A stretch of DNA of 64,000 nt from Botryllus schlosseri (lineage: Eukaryota), in contig CM119379.1 of NCBI GenBank assembly GCA_051294905.1, positions 6,386,001-6,450,000 on the forward strand, given 5' to 3'. The notes beneath the pieces were generated by a model. The model saw nothing but the letters and a program-made list of their open reading frames with translations. It ran no database searches and was not told the DNA's origin. Both the position numbers and the translations under genes were made by a program. Positions 53,001 through 64,000 of the stretch are shown piece after piece. Position 1 is the stretch's first letter; each line of letters opens with the position of its first letter.

Positions 53001-56000
53001 TCTCTGTGGTTGTATAAAAGGTGCATGTTTCAACTTTCCACTTCATTCATACCGTAGTGCCGTCATAATGACTGATACCCCAGCCTTATACTGAATCAAT
53101 CTGGTAGGACCACTCGATTTTGCCCGGCCGTACTTTTGATAGATATTTTCTTATTGAATGAGCACTGAATATAAATAAATATAATGTGGTCTCAGATTGA
53201 AGGTGAAAATGTGAAAAACATTTTGGCCGTTGCCATTTTCGTAAAACATGCAGCTGAAACAGCGAACAAATGCTTCCCAGAAAGTATATATCACAGACCA
53301 GGGTTGTTACCAAGTCACAAGTCAATCTCACTGTTACAGTTTTGACTCGAGTCATTTTCATTTCACCAAGTTCCAAGCCATGGTGTTTAGACTCGGGTCC
53401 GAGTTTGAGTCATAGTGTTCACTGTTAAGTCTAGAGTTCAAATCACTTTTTTACAACTCCCAGTTGTTATTGTCTGTCTCGCATCGCATGCATAATTTAC
53501 TCATTTTTCTTTCTTTAAACATGTTTATTCACAAAAGACCCCGCAGTTGAGTAAGGCTGTCAATATATATCACTCGAATCAAGTTGTATCGGATGTCAAG
53601 AGTCATATGATTTTGGTCGAATTGACTCGAATCCATTTATTTTTCATATTTTAGAAAATGACTCGAGTGAAGTTGAGTACCTGAAAAATTGCGACTCGAA
53701 TCATTACAGGCCTGTCACAGACATCACAAGGGTTTATTTCTGGAATGGTGCTTTTTGTGGAAGTCTCTTCTTAGCTGCAGTTCGAATACAGTGAATTTCC
53801 GAGGAAAGTGACTGCTGCCGCAGCGTTATTCGCGGCTTCAACCTTAATTTGAGACCCTATCATATTTAGAGTGCCCTATTTATGGCATTTCCTGGTTCGT
53901 AATTCGATTTGAAAAAGATAACTTTAACGTGATGTGGTGAATTACTGAAAATGCAGAAACTCTGTTGAATATTAAATATTTGTGTGTCAGATGCTTTGTA
54001 ATGACGTACCGTTTTACGCTGTCTAGAATATACTGAAAAATGGTCAGTAAATACTGTTCTGTACGTCGCTTCCAAATTGATCCTGATTGTAACTCCATCA
54101 AGTTACCATCGTTTCACATCCGATTTATTTTTAATGGACACAAACACATTTAGGCACCAACACTTGTTAGTTTCCAGGCTATCTATCCTTGGCTTTGACT
54201 TCATGAGGTGAAAATAATTAATGAGATCCGTGAAAGTCGGTATTATGTTATCATTTGACCAAACCAGCGTTGATGGCAAATTCGTGTATTTTCAGGGACA
54301 ATTACACTCTCCAAATCAATCCCAACTCGGAACTGTGCAATGAGAACCACTTACGATGGTACAAGTTTATCGGCAGGGTGGCCGGAATGGCGGTGTACCA
54401 TGGGAAGTTGTTGGACGGTGAGAGATTCGATATGTTTTTGATACGACAGCATGTTGTAGACGTGATGTGCTATGTTGAAACATGGTCACATAGCCGAAAA
54501 TATTCTGGTTCATTTCAGTATACTATTCAATCCTCTATTCAATCTGTACCTTCGAGAAGCTCTTCAAATAGTGAATTCAGCGATCCAAATTTACTATTTT
54601 GATCAGATAACAGGCTATCGATGACAATCTTGATAGCTTGTACTGACCTAGGCCTATGTTAACGCCCATTTTCGAAGTCAATTTTTTTTGTTTGCTTCAC
54701 AAGCTTTGTCGAATAAAGAGGTGAAAAGCTACAAGGCAAACAGTTGATTTTGTAAATAATGATGGTATGACATGAATTGCAAACAAACCGATTAGGTATT
54801 TCAATAGTGCACATGGCAGTTAATGAAGTTAACCAGTTTCCTGCGTACGCGCACCACAATTATACATGTAATAGACGCTGCTATGTCAGACAGCTTCTTG
54901 CGGTATAGTGTGACGTGCCCTGATGCGGTTTTTACTGGAACAAATCAAATTTGAAATGCGTGTCAAATATTTAGAAAGTTTTTGCCCGGCAGATTTTTGG
55001 TGCAACCACATCTTCACGTTTGTTTTATCTTGAATAATTTATGCTGATTCGCGCTAAGACGTTGCCCGTATGGTGTTGAGTCGTTGAACATTTATTATTT
55101 TTTCAGAACTTTTGAGATGCACCCCACCGACCCTAATTGTAGTAAATGTTGAGGCTGGGCACTCAAATCTAAATCGAGTATTAATTTTAATTATTCGAGA
55201 ACGCCCGTTTCTGCTAATGCCGTGGTTAATTTATCAATTGGGATTATGGTTTCGATCGTGTTCTAGAAACTTTGAAATCTCAATTGGTCATATCGCATTA
55301 TACGGAACGCTGCACACATTAGTTGAAATCGCATTTCTTTGAAGTTGTGATCAACCCTCAGCATTGTCACAAAGTGCAACTAAATTAGCGTGGTCTATAT
55401 CGGGGGTCGCCAACTCAAAACTTGTTGTGGGCCGCATGAGTTCTATATCAAGATATATAGGTCACACAGTTGAACGACCACGTTTTTAAACTTGCGTCGC
55501 GTCAATACAGAGCTGTTCTCTTTAGCCTGGGCGACTGGCTTAATTACCGCAAATGAATTGATATTTGATTAAATAAGTACAAATGCAACAAAAAATATCA
55601 TGATCATCACTTTTATTCTATTTTGAACTATGAACCGCGTAAGATGCTTGACGTAACTTTTCAGCGACTTGAGAATCGATATTGGGGTTAGCTAGACATG
55701 GTATTCGATGGAGAACTATCTCCTCGCACAGCTTGATCTTGTGGGGAAGTCCCAGGTCGTTTTCTAAGCGTCTCGGTCTTGGCAGTGTCTGTGCCATTGC
55801 ACGTCGAGGCTAATTTTTTCCTCCATAAAATGCTATCACCAGTATCTACACCTCCGAGTCCGTATCAGCTAGTGAGGAATGGTGATGTTGTGCACAGGAG
55901 ACTAACTTGTTTCTAACAACAGCAAGTCAGCAACAACAATATTTTTAAACTGAAATCAGTCTCAGCACATTAAAATGCTTTACTAACCGGTATGTCCTAA

Positions 56001-59000
56001 ATCATAAATCAGGTCTAAGGCCACAAAATACCTCTCAGGCCACGTTTTGGTGACCCCTGGTCTGAATAATACCAGATTATATTTATTGTGGTATAGAGAG
56101 CTGGTGTTACTTTCTTTGTGTGATAAAAAAAGGTACATACGTACTCCTTGTGACGTCATAACTAGCGATACTTGAACACTTGGGTACTAAATTTTGGCCA
56201 GCTCTAGTAACTGCACGGAACAATCTATTAGTCTGTGGTATGACGTCAGTGAACAGGTTTCAAATAACTAAAATGGTCCAATTGGTCCATGGATGCTATC
56301 GCATATGATAATTGATCATGATAGTTGAAGCTAGGGTTAGGACTGGAGTCTGGTTCTGCAAAGGGTTATTTCAGGGGTTGAGCTCAGTTTGTAGGCCATA
56401 AAGTCAAGCTGAAATGCTGCATGCTGAAATGTCAAGCAACCGGGTGAAATACCTATTCACTCCTACCTAATGTTTTGCGCGAACGTCATATTCGATAACC
56501 TTTTCTGACGTAATAGCGTCATACTTGACCAGTCTATGATTTTTTTGTTACTGAACTGTTCTTGAATTTTACAGCATTTTTCATCAGACCCTTCTACAAG
56601 ATGATGTTGAACAAACCGATCACGTTGCATGACATGGAGTCTGTGGTATGTAGCTTTGTGTTTTGATTCTGGCCATTTTTGGTCAAGTAGTCAGCCAGCT
56701 AAACCTATGATACTTTGGTTAGCTATACTTCTACTCCCAGGAACAGTACGTTATAACGATGTTATCATTCTTGAGACGCCAGTATCTTGGCATATTTTGT
56801 GTTGTGCTATTTCGCGCAGGCTTGTATTTTGTTATATTCCTGTGTTGTAGCGTGGATTCAAAACATCTTGTTTGTGGAACTAGAAATTTCAACTGTGGTA
56901 CAGGGATTGTGCACTGTATGGTGATTTTACCACCATATTTTCTTGATTCCCATGGTGTTCCTGGTATTTTATTCATTGCTATGTTGATGTAACTACTTTC
57001 TTACTAGTCGCTACTCCCTATGTCCGACTCTTATTGTGGAATTCCGGGCACCATATGCAAAATATGGAGTTCTAAAAACAATCTGCTTTTCGTGAGAAGA
57101 ATTTCACTGTTAATATGATGTAGGCTACTGTGGGTGTTGGCAAGATTGGTTCGTTTTTCATGATGTAATCTCACCATGCATCTTTGTGAATTTGTGGGTT
57201 TACGCCTTAACGGGATGAAAAAGGGCCACGCTTTCAATGTCTTCTTGAATCATAGATAAAAATCTGCCTTAGCAACCTGTTTGGACTTTTGAAGGGGAAG
57301 TTCATTGTGTAAGAGAATTCATACTGGTGTTGACTTGTCAAAATTTTGGCCGGATTTAGATTGTGTGGTTAAAGAAGTTGTAGTAATACTGACTCAATCA
57401 AGTTTATGCACTGGCCCTAATTGAGAATTCTGTTTTGTGTATCACATATATCGCTGCACCCGATTGAGTAAATTTTACTTGCTTGCACTGCGTAATCGAT
57501 TGGTTATATTTTAAGGCAACTTCCTTAAACTACAGTTTTTTTTAGGCAGAACTTACTCTTTACCTTGGATTTTGAAAAGTAGAACATCGTTTTACAATAA
57601 GTTTACGTCACTTTTTTGTGTGAATTTGTCATAAGAACTACATGAACTGCTGAATTTTCTTTTAAAAGACTGCACCAAGTTGTGACTGCGTCATAACTGA
57701 TTTATTGTAAGTCGCACTGAGTTTGGACATTGCAGTGATTTCCGAATGTTTTTTTAGGATTCCGAGTATTATAACTCGCTGCTGTGGATCTTGCAAAACG
57801 ATCCCAGCGACTTGGAACTTGATTTCACCGTAGACGAGGAGCTTTTCGGGAGCAAGAAAGTACGGGAGTTGAAGCCAAACGGAGAGTCCATTCCAGTCAC
57901 CAACGATAATAAGAAGGAGTACATCCAGTACGTATTATTTATTTCTGCATATGCAGTAGAGCCTGGGTGATATCTGTCTCTGTAAAATTATTAGTGCCGG
58001 CCAACTCGGATGTCTATCGGCCACTGTACATTGTTTCTAGATAAGCTTGACTTTTGTTGTAAATAAATGAAATTCGTGTGGGTATTGTTAAAATTTGTGC
58101 CGCGAATTGGAAGTTCTAGTCGAGTGATGTCACATTTCAATATCAGCGGGCTCTAGCGCATAGGTCACAGCACTTACCTCTTAGCTGCAGCTTTGCATAG
58201 CCTCAATTCTGTAGTTTGTTGTGACAATAATCTGTATAATTATGCGCAATAGAGTCTAGCATAGCATATTGCTTCATAGATGTGTTTTTGTGTATCGTTT
58301 CTCACAAAATGATGAGATCCATGTGTGTGACTGATGCAGAATGGCCAGCAATGCTGCAGATTTGAGTGATTTAGAAAAATATTCTGTGATTAAAGTGAAT
58401 TGAAATGTGAAATCGACTACTTTTATCTTGACTAGGACTTCGCACAATGATTCGATTACTTGACTCGAGTATTAATTGTCCTGGTCACAGTTGAGCAGTG
58501 AGAGACTAATTTTTCGATTATTGAAATTAAACTGCTTCTTTGTCTTTCCACTAACGACATTTGTAGATTCCATACCTTTTCCCAAAATGGAATCCGTGCA
58601 ACCTCAATTATCTGTATCCCAGCATCCTAAACATAGTATACACAAAGCTACAGGTTTTAGTGAAAATCAAATCACATTTTGTTAGTTCGTAATCAACTCG
58701 CAGCACTGTCACAAATCCAATGAACTGCAAATTAAGTAGGTATCGTCGGAAAAATATCAAGGTATCTTCAACATGGTGGAAAGTGGACATGATTTTATTT
58801 TTGATGCACGTATTTGAAATTTCCGTGTCATCGGGAATCAAACATGGGGTGATCTTGATTTGTAATCGTAACCCGATAACATCATTTTATCGCCGTTCGC
58901 TATTGGTCAAACTGATGCATGAACGTTTCTGCTAGATGGCGTATGCTGTTTGCAAACCACACCAATGCCCCTTAACCGATTAAGGGTTTGAAAATTTTAT

Positions 59001-62000
59001 AGTCTTCAAATAAAATATCACATCTTTACAACTCTACCGTTGCTGATAAAAGCCATAAATGTATATAAGCTGTTATCTTGTGTTATTTGTGTTGGCCGCT
59101 CGCAAAAACTGTATGATGCTGATTGCACGTATATGTGTGTTATGAGCAGTAGGCCTATTGATAGTTATGGCAGAATTTCATGTTCATCAGTCTTATTTTC
59201 CGATGGTCCTATTTGTATTCGAAATATCGCCTATGTAACCTTATGGTTATCATATTAAGGTTAATTTTCCAAATTGTAGCCGAATTCATGATATTGTGAG
59301 AATAATTGCAATCATTAACGATGATTCTGACTCTGTTGTTCCTGTTAAATATGATGATAGACACAATTTGCCTTGAGTTAGTCATTTTTGCTGTAACTTA
59401 TAATCTTCCCATGGCAACTGCGTCTGTTATTAACTGTTATTAAGATAGACTATCTCAATACGGTTGTGTGTTTACTTTGGTCACTATTTGTCAACTATGA
59501 AATCCACCAGAGATAGTAGAGGTCTTATCAGTCGATGTTTGGTAAAACCCATATTTTCCCTTTCTATTACAGGCTTGTCATCAGGTGGCGTTTCGTATCA
59601 AGGGTACAGGAGCAAATGAAAGCTTTCCTTGAGGTTTGTTTGTTTCCGATTCGATGTTCTATTGTTTGGCAGGGGCGCCCGGTCACCATATTGTTACTAG
59701 AAAGTTAATTGGTTTGTAAATGAATCGTCTGTTAGTTTTTACCATTGTTGTTAAGTTGAAGATGAGTGGCTTTGTGGCCGGCACAATGCTGATTTCCACT
59801 CGATTTCTCGTCAATAGGTAAATCTTGTGCGGTATGCTGCGGTAACCTTCCGGATTATTTACTCACCGGTAGGTTAAAAAGCTTCCAATCTAAAGGCTCA
59901 CTTTTTACCCTTGCAATCTCACAACACGTTGCAGCAGTGTGATCTGGCTACGCAACTTAATCGTTGTGCATGATTTCGATGTTTTGATTTGTGATACAGG
60001 CAGTGGCCTGCGTATTTTGTGCCTAAATCGGTGATGCGGGGAAGCAAAATTTACCGTGCTTCGGAGATGTTAGACTTCATTGGTTTGGATAGCAGTGAAT
60101 GTGTTTCACATGTTATTTGTGGAATCGAATTATATCATCCGAGAAGCGACTTTCCAGAGACCAGAGATGGTCCAAGTACTAATTGTTGGTGCTCAAGTAT
60201 AAGTATGAGTAATGTAATAACTTCCTATCAAGTAGCCTGCAAGTAGAAGTAGCGATTTTCAAAGAAGTAAAAAAAACAAGTATGGGGCTGTATTGTAGGA
60301 CTAGTCTTACCGAAAAAACTCAAAACTGTCTATAGATGCAGGGTTTGTCTAAAATTATAACCAATTGGTCGGTAGCGATTGGCAAAACCCTCTCGAGTAC
60401 CCTGAAAAAGTGAAGTTCTGAAGTAGGTTTTTCCTACATGCGGTAGCCTGCTTGCTCAGTTGCGTAGGCTTATAGAATACTTTCACTTCCACTTGGACAG
60501 TTTTCATGACAATACTACTCACTTTCCATGCTTTGGATTGTAAAAGGTAGTTTAACCTACAAAACTGCATAAATTTTCATCGATTCAAAACATCACCGAG
60601 GTTTCAATATAATAAAAAGATAGCAGGGCAGTAGGCGAAACATACGCGAGTACTAGTCAAAACGCGGAGACTGGTAATTGCGATCTTGCGACAGGGCTTC
60701 AACGAGTTGATACCCACCAATTTGCTGAAAATATTCGATGAAAACGAACTGGAACTGCTCATGTGCGGCCTGGGCGACGTGGACGTGAACGACTGGAGGA
60801 AGCACACGACGTACAAAGGGGAATACACCAACAACCACCTCGTCATACAGTGGTTTTGGAAGGTGAAGTTAATAGGGCACGACACGACGATAGAGTAATC
60901 TATTACAATCCGAGTGTAGTGTTGATTGTAATGATTTGAGTCGAGTAGCAAAATATGATTTGTTCAAGTTTCGAAATTATATGCCCCTATCGAATAAGAG
61001 GCCGTTCATTCTTCCTGCTATGTGCCTTGGCGTTGATTTTTATCGAAATCCGCCAAACTAGTTTGTGCCAACAGTTTGTGTATAATCTAAAAATAATATA
61101 TTGAGCTCGAGCTATCTTTTTGCCTCTATCATTATTTGAATTTTTATTTTGTGATAACGAGTGTTGAATTCTGTTGAATTCTCTACTAGTTGCTGACGAT
61201 TACCCCCGATGAGTCTGTTGAAAATATTTGGGTTTATTTCGACTATTTTATCGACGGAAATTATTGTTCTTTCATCCTACCATCGAAGCCTCTAAATATC
61301 AATTGGTTTACGTATGTAGCGTCTATAATATATAGCTTGAGCTGCGCATGTTTACGAAGACTGTTAATCTGTGTACGTTCATGGTTATCATTATGAATAT
61401 ATTGGTTTTGATCAGTGTGTTTCACATTATTGTCTTTGAAAGAGTTACCGGTGAATTCGGCACTTAGTGTCACCTAATTCTAATCTATTTTAACTCCTAA
61501 TCCCAAAACTCTTGACCAAGTACATTAATTCATAGGCCTACATATCAACTGCCGAATTCACGCTCATATTCAGTGAAACATTCATTTTTAAATTCATTAA
61601 TACAATATGGATGCATCGATTTCATAATAATAAGTTATTACATTTCCTAATTACATTTTCACCAAGTGCCGAATTCATGGGTAGCCTAGGAAAGACACGT
61701 GTTTGAACTTGACATTTCGTTCTTACTATCCTTTATTGCTATAACTTATTACCTTATTACTGCCATATATTCTTGTTATCTAGCTTTGCAAGAGCGTCAT
61801 TTGATTTTGTGTCGCAGGCCATTCTTCTGATGGACCCCGAGTCGCGAGTGCGCTTCCTGCAGTTTGTCACCGGGACTTCTCGCGTGCCGATGAACGGATT
61901 CGCGGAGCTGTGGGGCAGCAACGGCCCACAGTTGTTTACCATCGAGAAATGGGGAACGCCTGACAAGTTACCCCGCGCGCATACGTGGTAAGGGTCTTGG

Positions 62001-63231
62001 GTAGTGTGTCGGGTCGAGTTGGACGAAATAGCGAGTCGGTCTTGGTTACGGTTTGGATAGGACTTGGTTCGGCGCGGCTTGTGTTATTGTTCGAAGTGAG
62101 GTTATGGTTGGCTTGGGTTATTTTCGGAAGTGGTTATGTAGTCAGCGCCGCTCCTGCTACCATAGTAAAATCCAAAGTAACACCGTGCATTTCAATCCGC
62201 TTACAAGTAGAAGCAGCAATTTCCATATAAAAACCAATTCTAAGGAGTAGAAACGTCCATAAGCCACTCAAGAAGTTTCATAGAGTAGATTTGGTCATGC
62301 GATCGCATACTAATAGCGGTTGTTATGGGGCAGCTTCTTTCAAAATTGCAATATTATCTTCACGACTAAAAAATGACTCATAAAGCAATGAATGGGTAGA
62401 ATCTTCAAGACTATATTGTCGCTGTGCAATCGGAGCCACTCATGTCTGTTTTACACATTTTTAGACGATTAGGATTTTGTAAATTTTCTTTCGGCCATAA
62501 CGTTGAAAGAATGCGACCAACGTAACCATGGCCAAAAGTGGCCCAAAAAAATGAAAATTTTACAAAAACCCAGTTTTGAAATTGATATAAGCTACTTTGT
62601 TTCCACAGCGACTGTATATTAATTCTCGGCGATGCAATGGCTATTTCACGCGGCTGTTACAATTATTTCACTCGTAAAAGCGACCCTCTCACAGACTGCG
62701 TTGCGTGTTTTTGGTGAAACGCTCTACAGTGTTTTGATAGTATCGATCGAAATAGATGAGCAAATGCGGTCACTCATGGCTTATTTGAAAGAAGACGTCT
62801 CTGTCGCAGTGAATAGCACATACTTACTCTCACTAGGTATACGTTGTGGACTCTATAAAGAAGTAACCAAAACCTTTACCTTTCTACAATAAGGTTATCT
62901 CGTCTTCTTGATTATATACACACTTGGTTGACCTTGCTCTCGTCTCGCTTCATGGCGTAATTGGTTGGGCGTTGACATTCCTAATCCAACAATATATATT
63001 ACTTGTTGTTTCGTATCCCATTGAGGTTGTGTTTTACATTTTTTGAAAAGTGAAGCAATATTTTTCGGAAAAACCCACCAGCTAAAAACTGTCCATCCTC
63101 ATTTCACAGAATTTTCTTTGTTTCACAGTTTCAACAGGTTGGACTTGCCGCCGTACACGTCGTTTGAAGATCTCCGTAAGAAGATCCATATTGCAATCGA
63201 GAGCTCGCAAGGATTCGAAGGCGTCGATTAG
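23089..63231 (+). CDS. NEDD4: NEDD4/NEDD4L-family HECT E3 ubiquitin ligase (C2, 4 WW, HECT; 26 exons, 889 aa)
   Basis: Exons 23089-23210, 23273-23366, 23554-23592, 27139-27192, 32003-32059, 32549-32604, 34897-34993, 36040-36170, 37250-37460, 38457-38536, 38905-39005, 40608-40661, 45525-45640, 46081-46124, 46766-46898, 49695-49749, 49812-49870, 51887-51958, 52712-52941, 54296-54417, 56575-56645, 57758-57927, 59573-59633, 60695-60862, 61818-61987, 63129-63231. All are phase-compatible, totalling 2670 nt. C2: [46 protein letters not shown]. Four WW repeats (MPSGWEE, LPEGWEE, LPKGWE, LPDGWEE). HECT: [12 protein letters not shown] and [13 protein letters not shown], with the catalytic Cys codon split by the last intron; ends GFEGVD*. 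Confidence 0.96.
23646..26207 (+). mobile_element. Sola2-like DNA transposon derivative with about 1-kb inverted arms and transposase remnants
   Basis: Termini GAG...CTC with 4-bp TSD CCAC at 23642-23645 and 26208-26211. Arms at about 23646-24690 and 25190-26207. Remnant peptides [50 protein letters not shown] and HILC at 24539-25030. Confidence 0.75.
26320..26740. repeat. Dispersed repeat family B cluster
   Basis: Three copies of the GGCTCAATTCCAACCAG core in both orientations, plus the GACAACCTAACAATTTCATG motif. Confidence 0.55.
28900..29230 (-). repeat. Dispersed repeat family B, two tandem units
   Basis: ACTGGTTGGAATTGAGCCAAATTTGG at about 28994 and a second unit at about 29141. Confidence 0.55.
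31657..31782 (+). other. Candidate alternative first coding exon of NEDD4
   Basis: ATG-initiated 42 codons ending at a CAG|GTAAAG donor in phase 0, matching the exon at 32003. A CpG- and TGACGT-containing stretch lies just upstream. No transcript evidence. Confidence 0.35.
32700..34339. mobile_element. 1640-bp foldback hAT element
   Basis: TAGGGTTGTCCAAAATTTGG...CCAAATTTTGGACAACCCTA with a perfect 8-bp TSD ATGCTCAA at 32692-32699 and 34340-34347. The roughly 760-bp arms are near-identical reverse complements. Confidence 0.92.
35150..35420 (+). repeat. Dispersed repeat family B, two tandem units
   Basis: TTGGCTCAATTCCAACCAGT at about 35184 and 35328. Confidence 0.55.
36691..37134 (+). mobile_element. 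hAT MITE family A
   Basis: CATGGTTGTA...TACAACCCTG with GACTCGAGTC arrays. Flanks CCCATTCC / CCTATTAC match at 6/8. Colinear with 53299-53714. Confidence 0.8.
37786..38052 (-). pseudogene. hAT transposase C-terminal dimerisation-domain remnant
   Basis: ORF ends [34 protein letters not shown], matching the hATC S...ERSFS motif. The rest of the transposase is absent. Confidence 0.8.
42945..45398. mobile_element. Kolobok-like non-autonomous element (2.45 kb)
   Basis: AGGGACACTGCGCTCTAAAAATGATGTGGTCTCAAATTG at the left end and its reverse complement at the right. Flanks TTGA / TTAA. Inverted similarity extends about 150 bp, and there is an internal direct duplication (about 43380-43810 vs 44110-44670). 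Superfamily is inferred from the TTAA|AGGG termini. Confidence 0.65.
43050..43321. mobile_element. 272-bp hairpin MITE nested in the left arm of the Kolobok-like element
   Basis: 43-bp perfect TIRs (GCAATTTATTGAAATTTCTACAAGACCAGCTGCCGCGGCTGCT) with further internal complementarity. AGCT is duplicated relative to the empty site in the right arm. Confidence 0.85.
47429..47454. repeat. 26-nt poly-C run
   Basis: Counted directly. A 15-nt poly-G run also lies at 15574-15588. Confidence 0.9.
52017..52175 (+). mobile_element. Diverged, truncated copy of the 22055 SINE family
   Basis: CAGCGTAATGG..GTCGTGGGTTCCATCCCCGGGCAGGTCAGGATAAAGAC..TGGTATCC..TTGGTGTTCAGCA..AGCATGGAG aligns with 22055-22200. 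Confidence 0.7.
53299..53714 (+). mobile_element. hAT MITE family A
   Basis: CAGGGTTGTTA...TACAGGCCTG with a perfect 8-bp TSD TCACAGAC at 53291-53298 and 53715-53722. Confidence 0.85.
55401..56059. mobile_element. Charlie-type hAT MITE
   Basis: CGGGGGTCGCCAAC...TTTGGTGACCCCTG with subterminal GGCCGC/GGCCAC. Flanks GTCTATAT / GTCTGAAT match at 6/8. Confidence 0.65.
56700..57260 (-). mobile_element. Heavily decayed CR1/L2-like RT remnant
   Basis: Minus-strand fragments IQEDIESV and NSQRCMVRL...INSEIL...LFLELHI loosely follow the post-YADD RT pattern. Many stops. Confidence 0.3.
61448..61681. mobile_element. Tc1/mariner-type MITE
   Basis: TA-flanked inverted ends CCGGTGAATTCGGCACTT / AAGTGCCGAATTCATGGG. 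Confidence 0.55.
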
Positions 63232-64000
63232 CGTCATGCTCGATTTTTACGACTTTATTCCTTCATTACTGGCATGGTGTTTGGCTTAACTTTTTACGAG
63301 CATATCTATATAGTTATAATAATTTCACGAGGTACTTTTTTTCTGGCGCCTTGTGTTGATTTTTCTCACTAACTTTTTATTTCTTCTTTACCGCACCACA
63401 CCTATTTGGGCTTGTTGACATTACCGGTTTAAATGATGATCATTACTAGATTCACTGTCTGGTTTTTGCTGATATACTATTTTCGAAGAAGGGTTTTGTT
63501 AAACCAACAGGCGAGCAACTTAGACAAAATTATATTTACTTTTTTGTAACTAGGCATGTCCGAATCAGGGGCGCAGCCAAAAAGAATTCCCCATCTCCGT
63601 GATAGATTGTCAAGATCTATATTGGATAAAGTCTGTGGCACCTATGTCTGGAAACATTCTTACCAAGCCGATCCTCGCAGTGTGCACTTCGATTGTCATA
63701 GGTTGAGCTAAGCATGATATCTTTATGATTCACTAATCCTGTTGTGTGTTATAAATTATCGTGGCCTCCCTACTGTGACCAAGAATTGCATCTACTTAGC
63801 ACTTAGCGGTATTATGGCAAAAATCGGCTGATGATTTGTTCAGTTTGGCGATTGTTGAATCGCTTTACGCTTGCGGCCTACTCCGTCAAATTGTAGATAT
63901 TTCATGATGTTCTTCTGTCTGTATTTGGTACGCTTTCTCTGTTATGATTTTAAATAGCTTTGCGTACATATCGAAATTTGTGTGTGAATCTAAATGGGTT

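Overview
Animal genomic DNA: AT-rich, with canonical GT-AG introns and a shortest-intron class of 61-62 nt. An invertebrate deuterostome such as an ascidian is a guess only. Manual splicing recovers three + strand genes that the ORF track shows only in fragments. (1) The 3' end of an MS4A/CD20-like membrane protein (413-1730). (2) A 16-exon, 653-aa gene (4938-14287) joining an N-terminal VWA domain with an intact MIDAS to a C-terminal PARP1-type BRCT domain; this is an architecture I do not recognise and the most notable item here. (3) A complete 26-exon, 889-aa NEDD4-family E3 ligase (C2, 4 WW, HECT; 23089-63231). Introns and intergenic DNA are packed with transposons: hAT MITEs with 8-bp TSDs, a 1.64-kb near-perfect foldback, a Sola2-like foldback with transposase remnants, a Kolobok-like element with a nested hairpin MITE, L2/CR1-like LINE fragments and tRNA-derived SINEs. 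There is also a minimal hammerhead-ribozyme motif. All coordinates were counted by hand, and family names come from recalled motifs rather than database searches.
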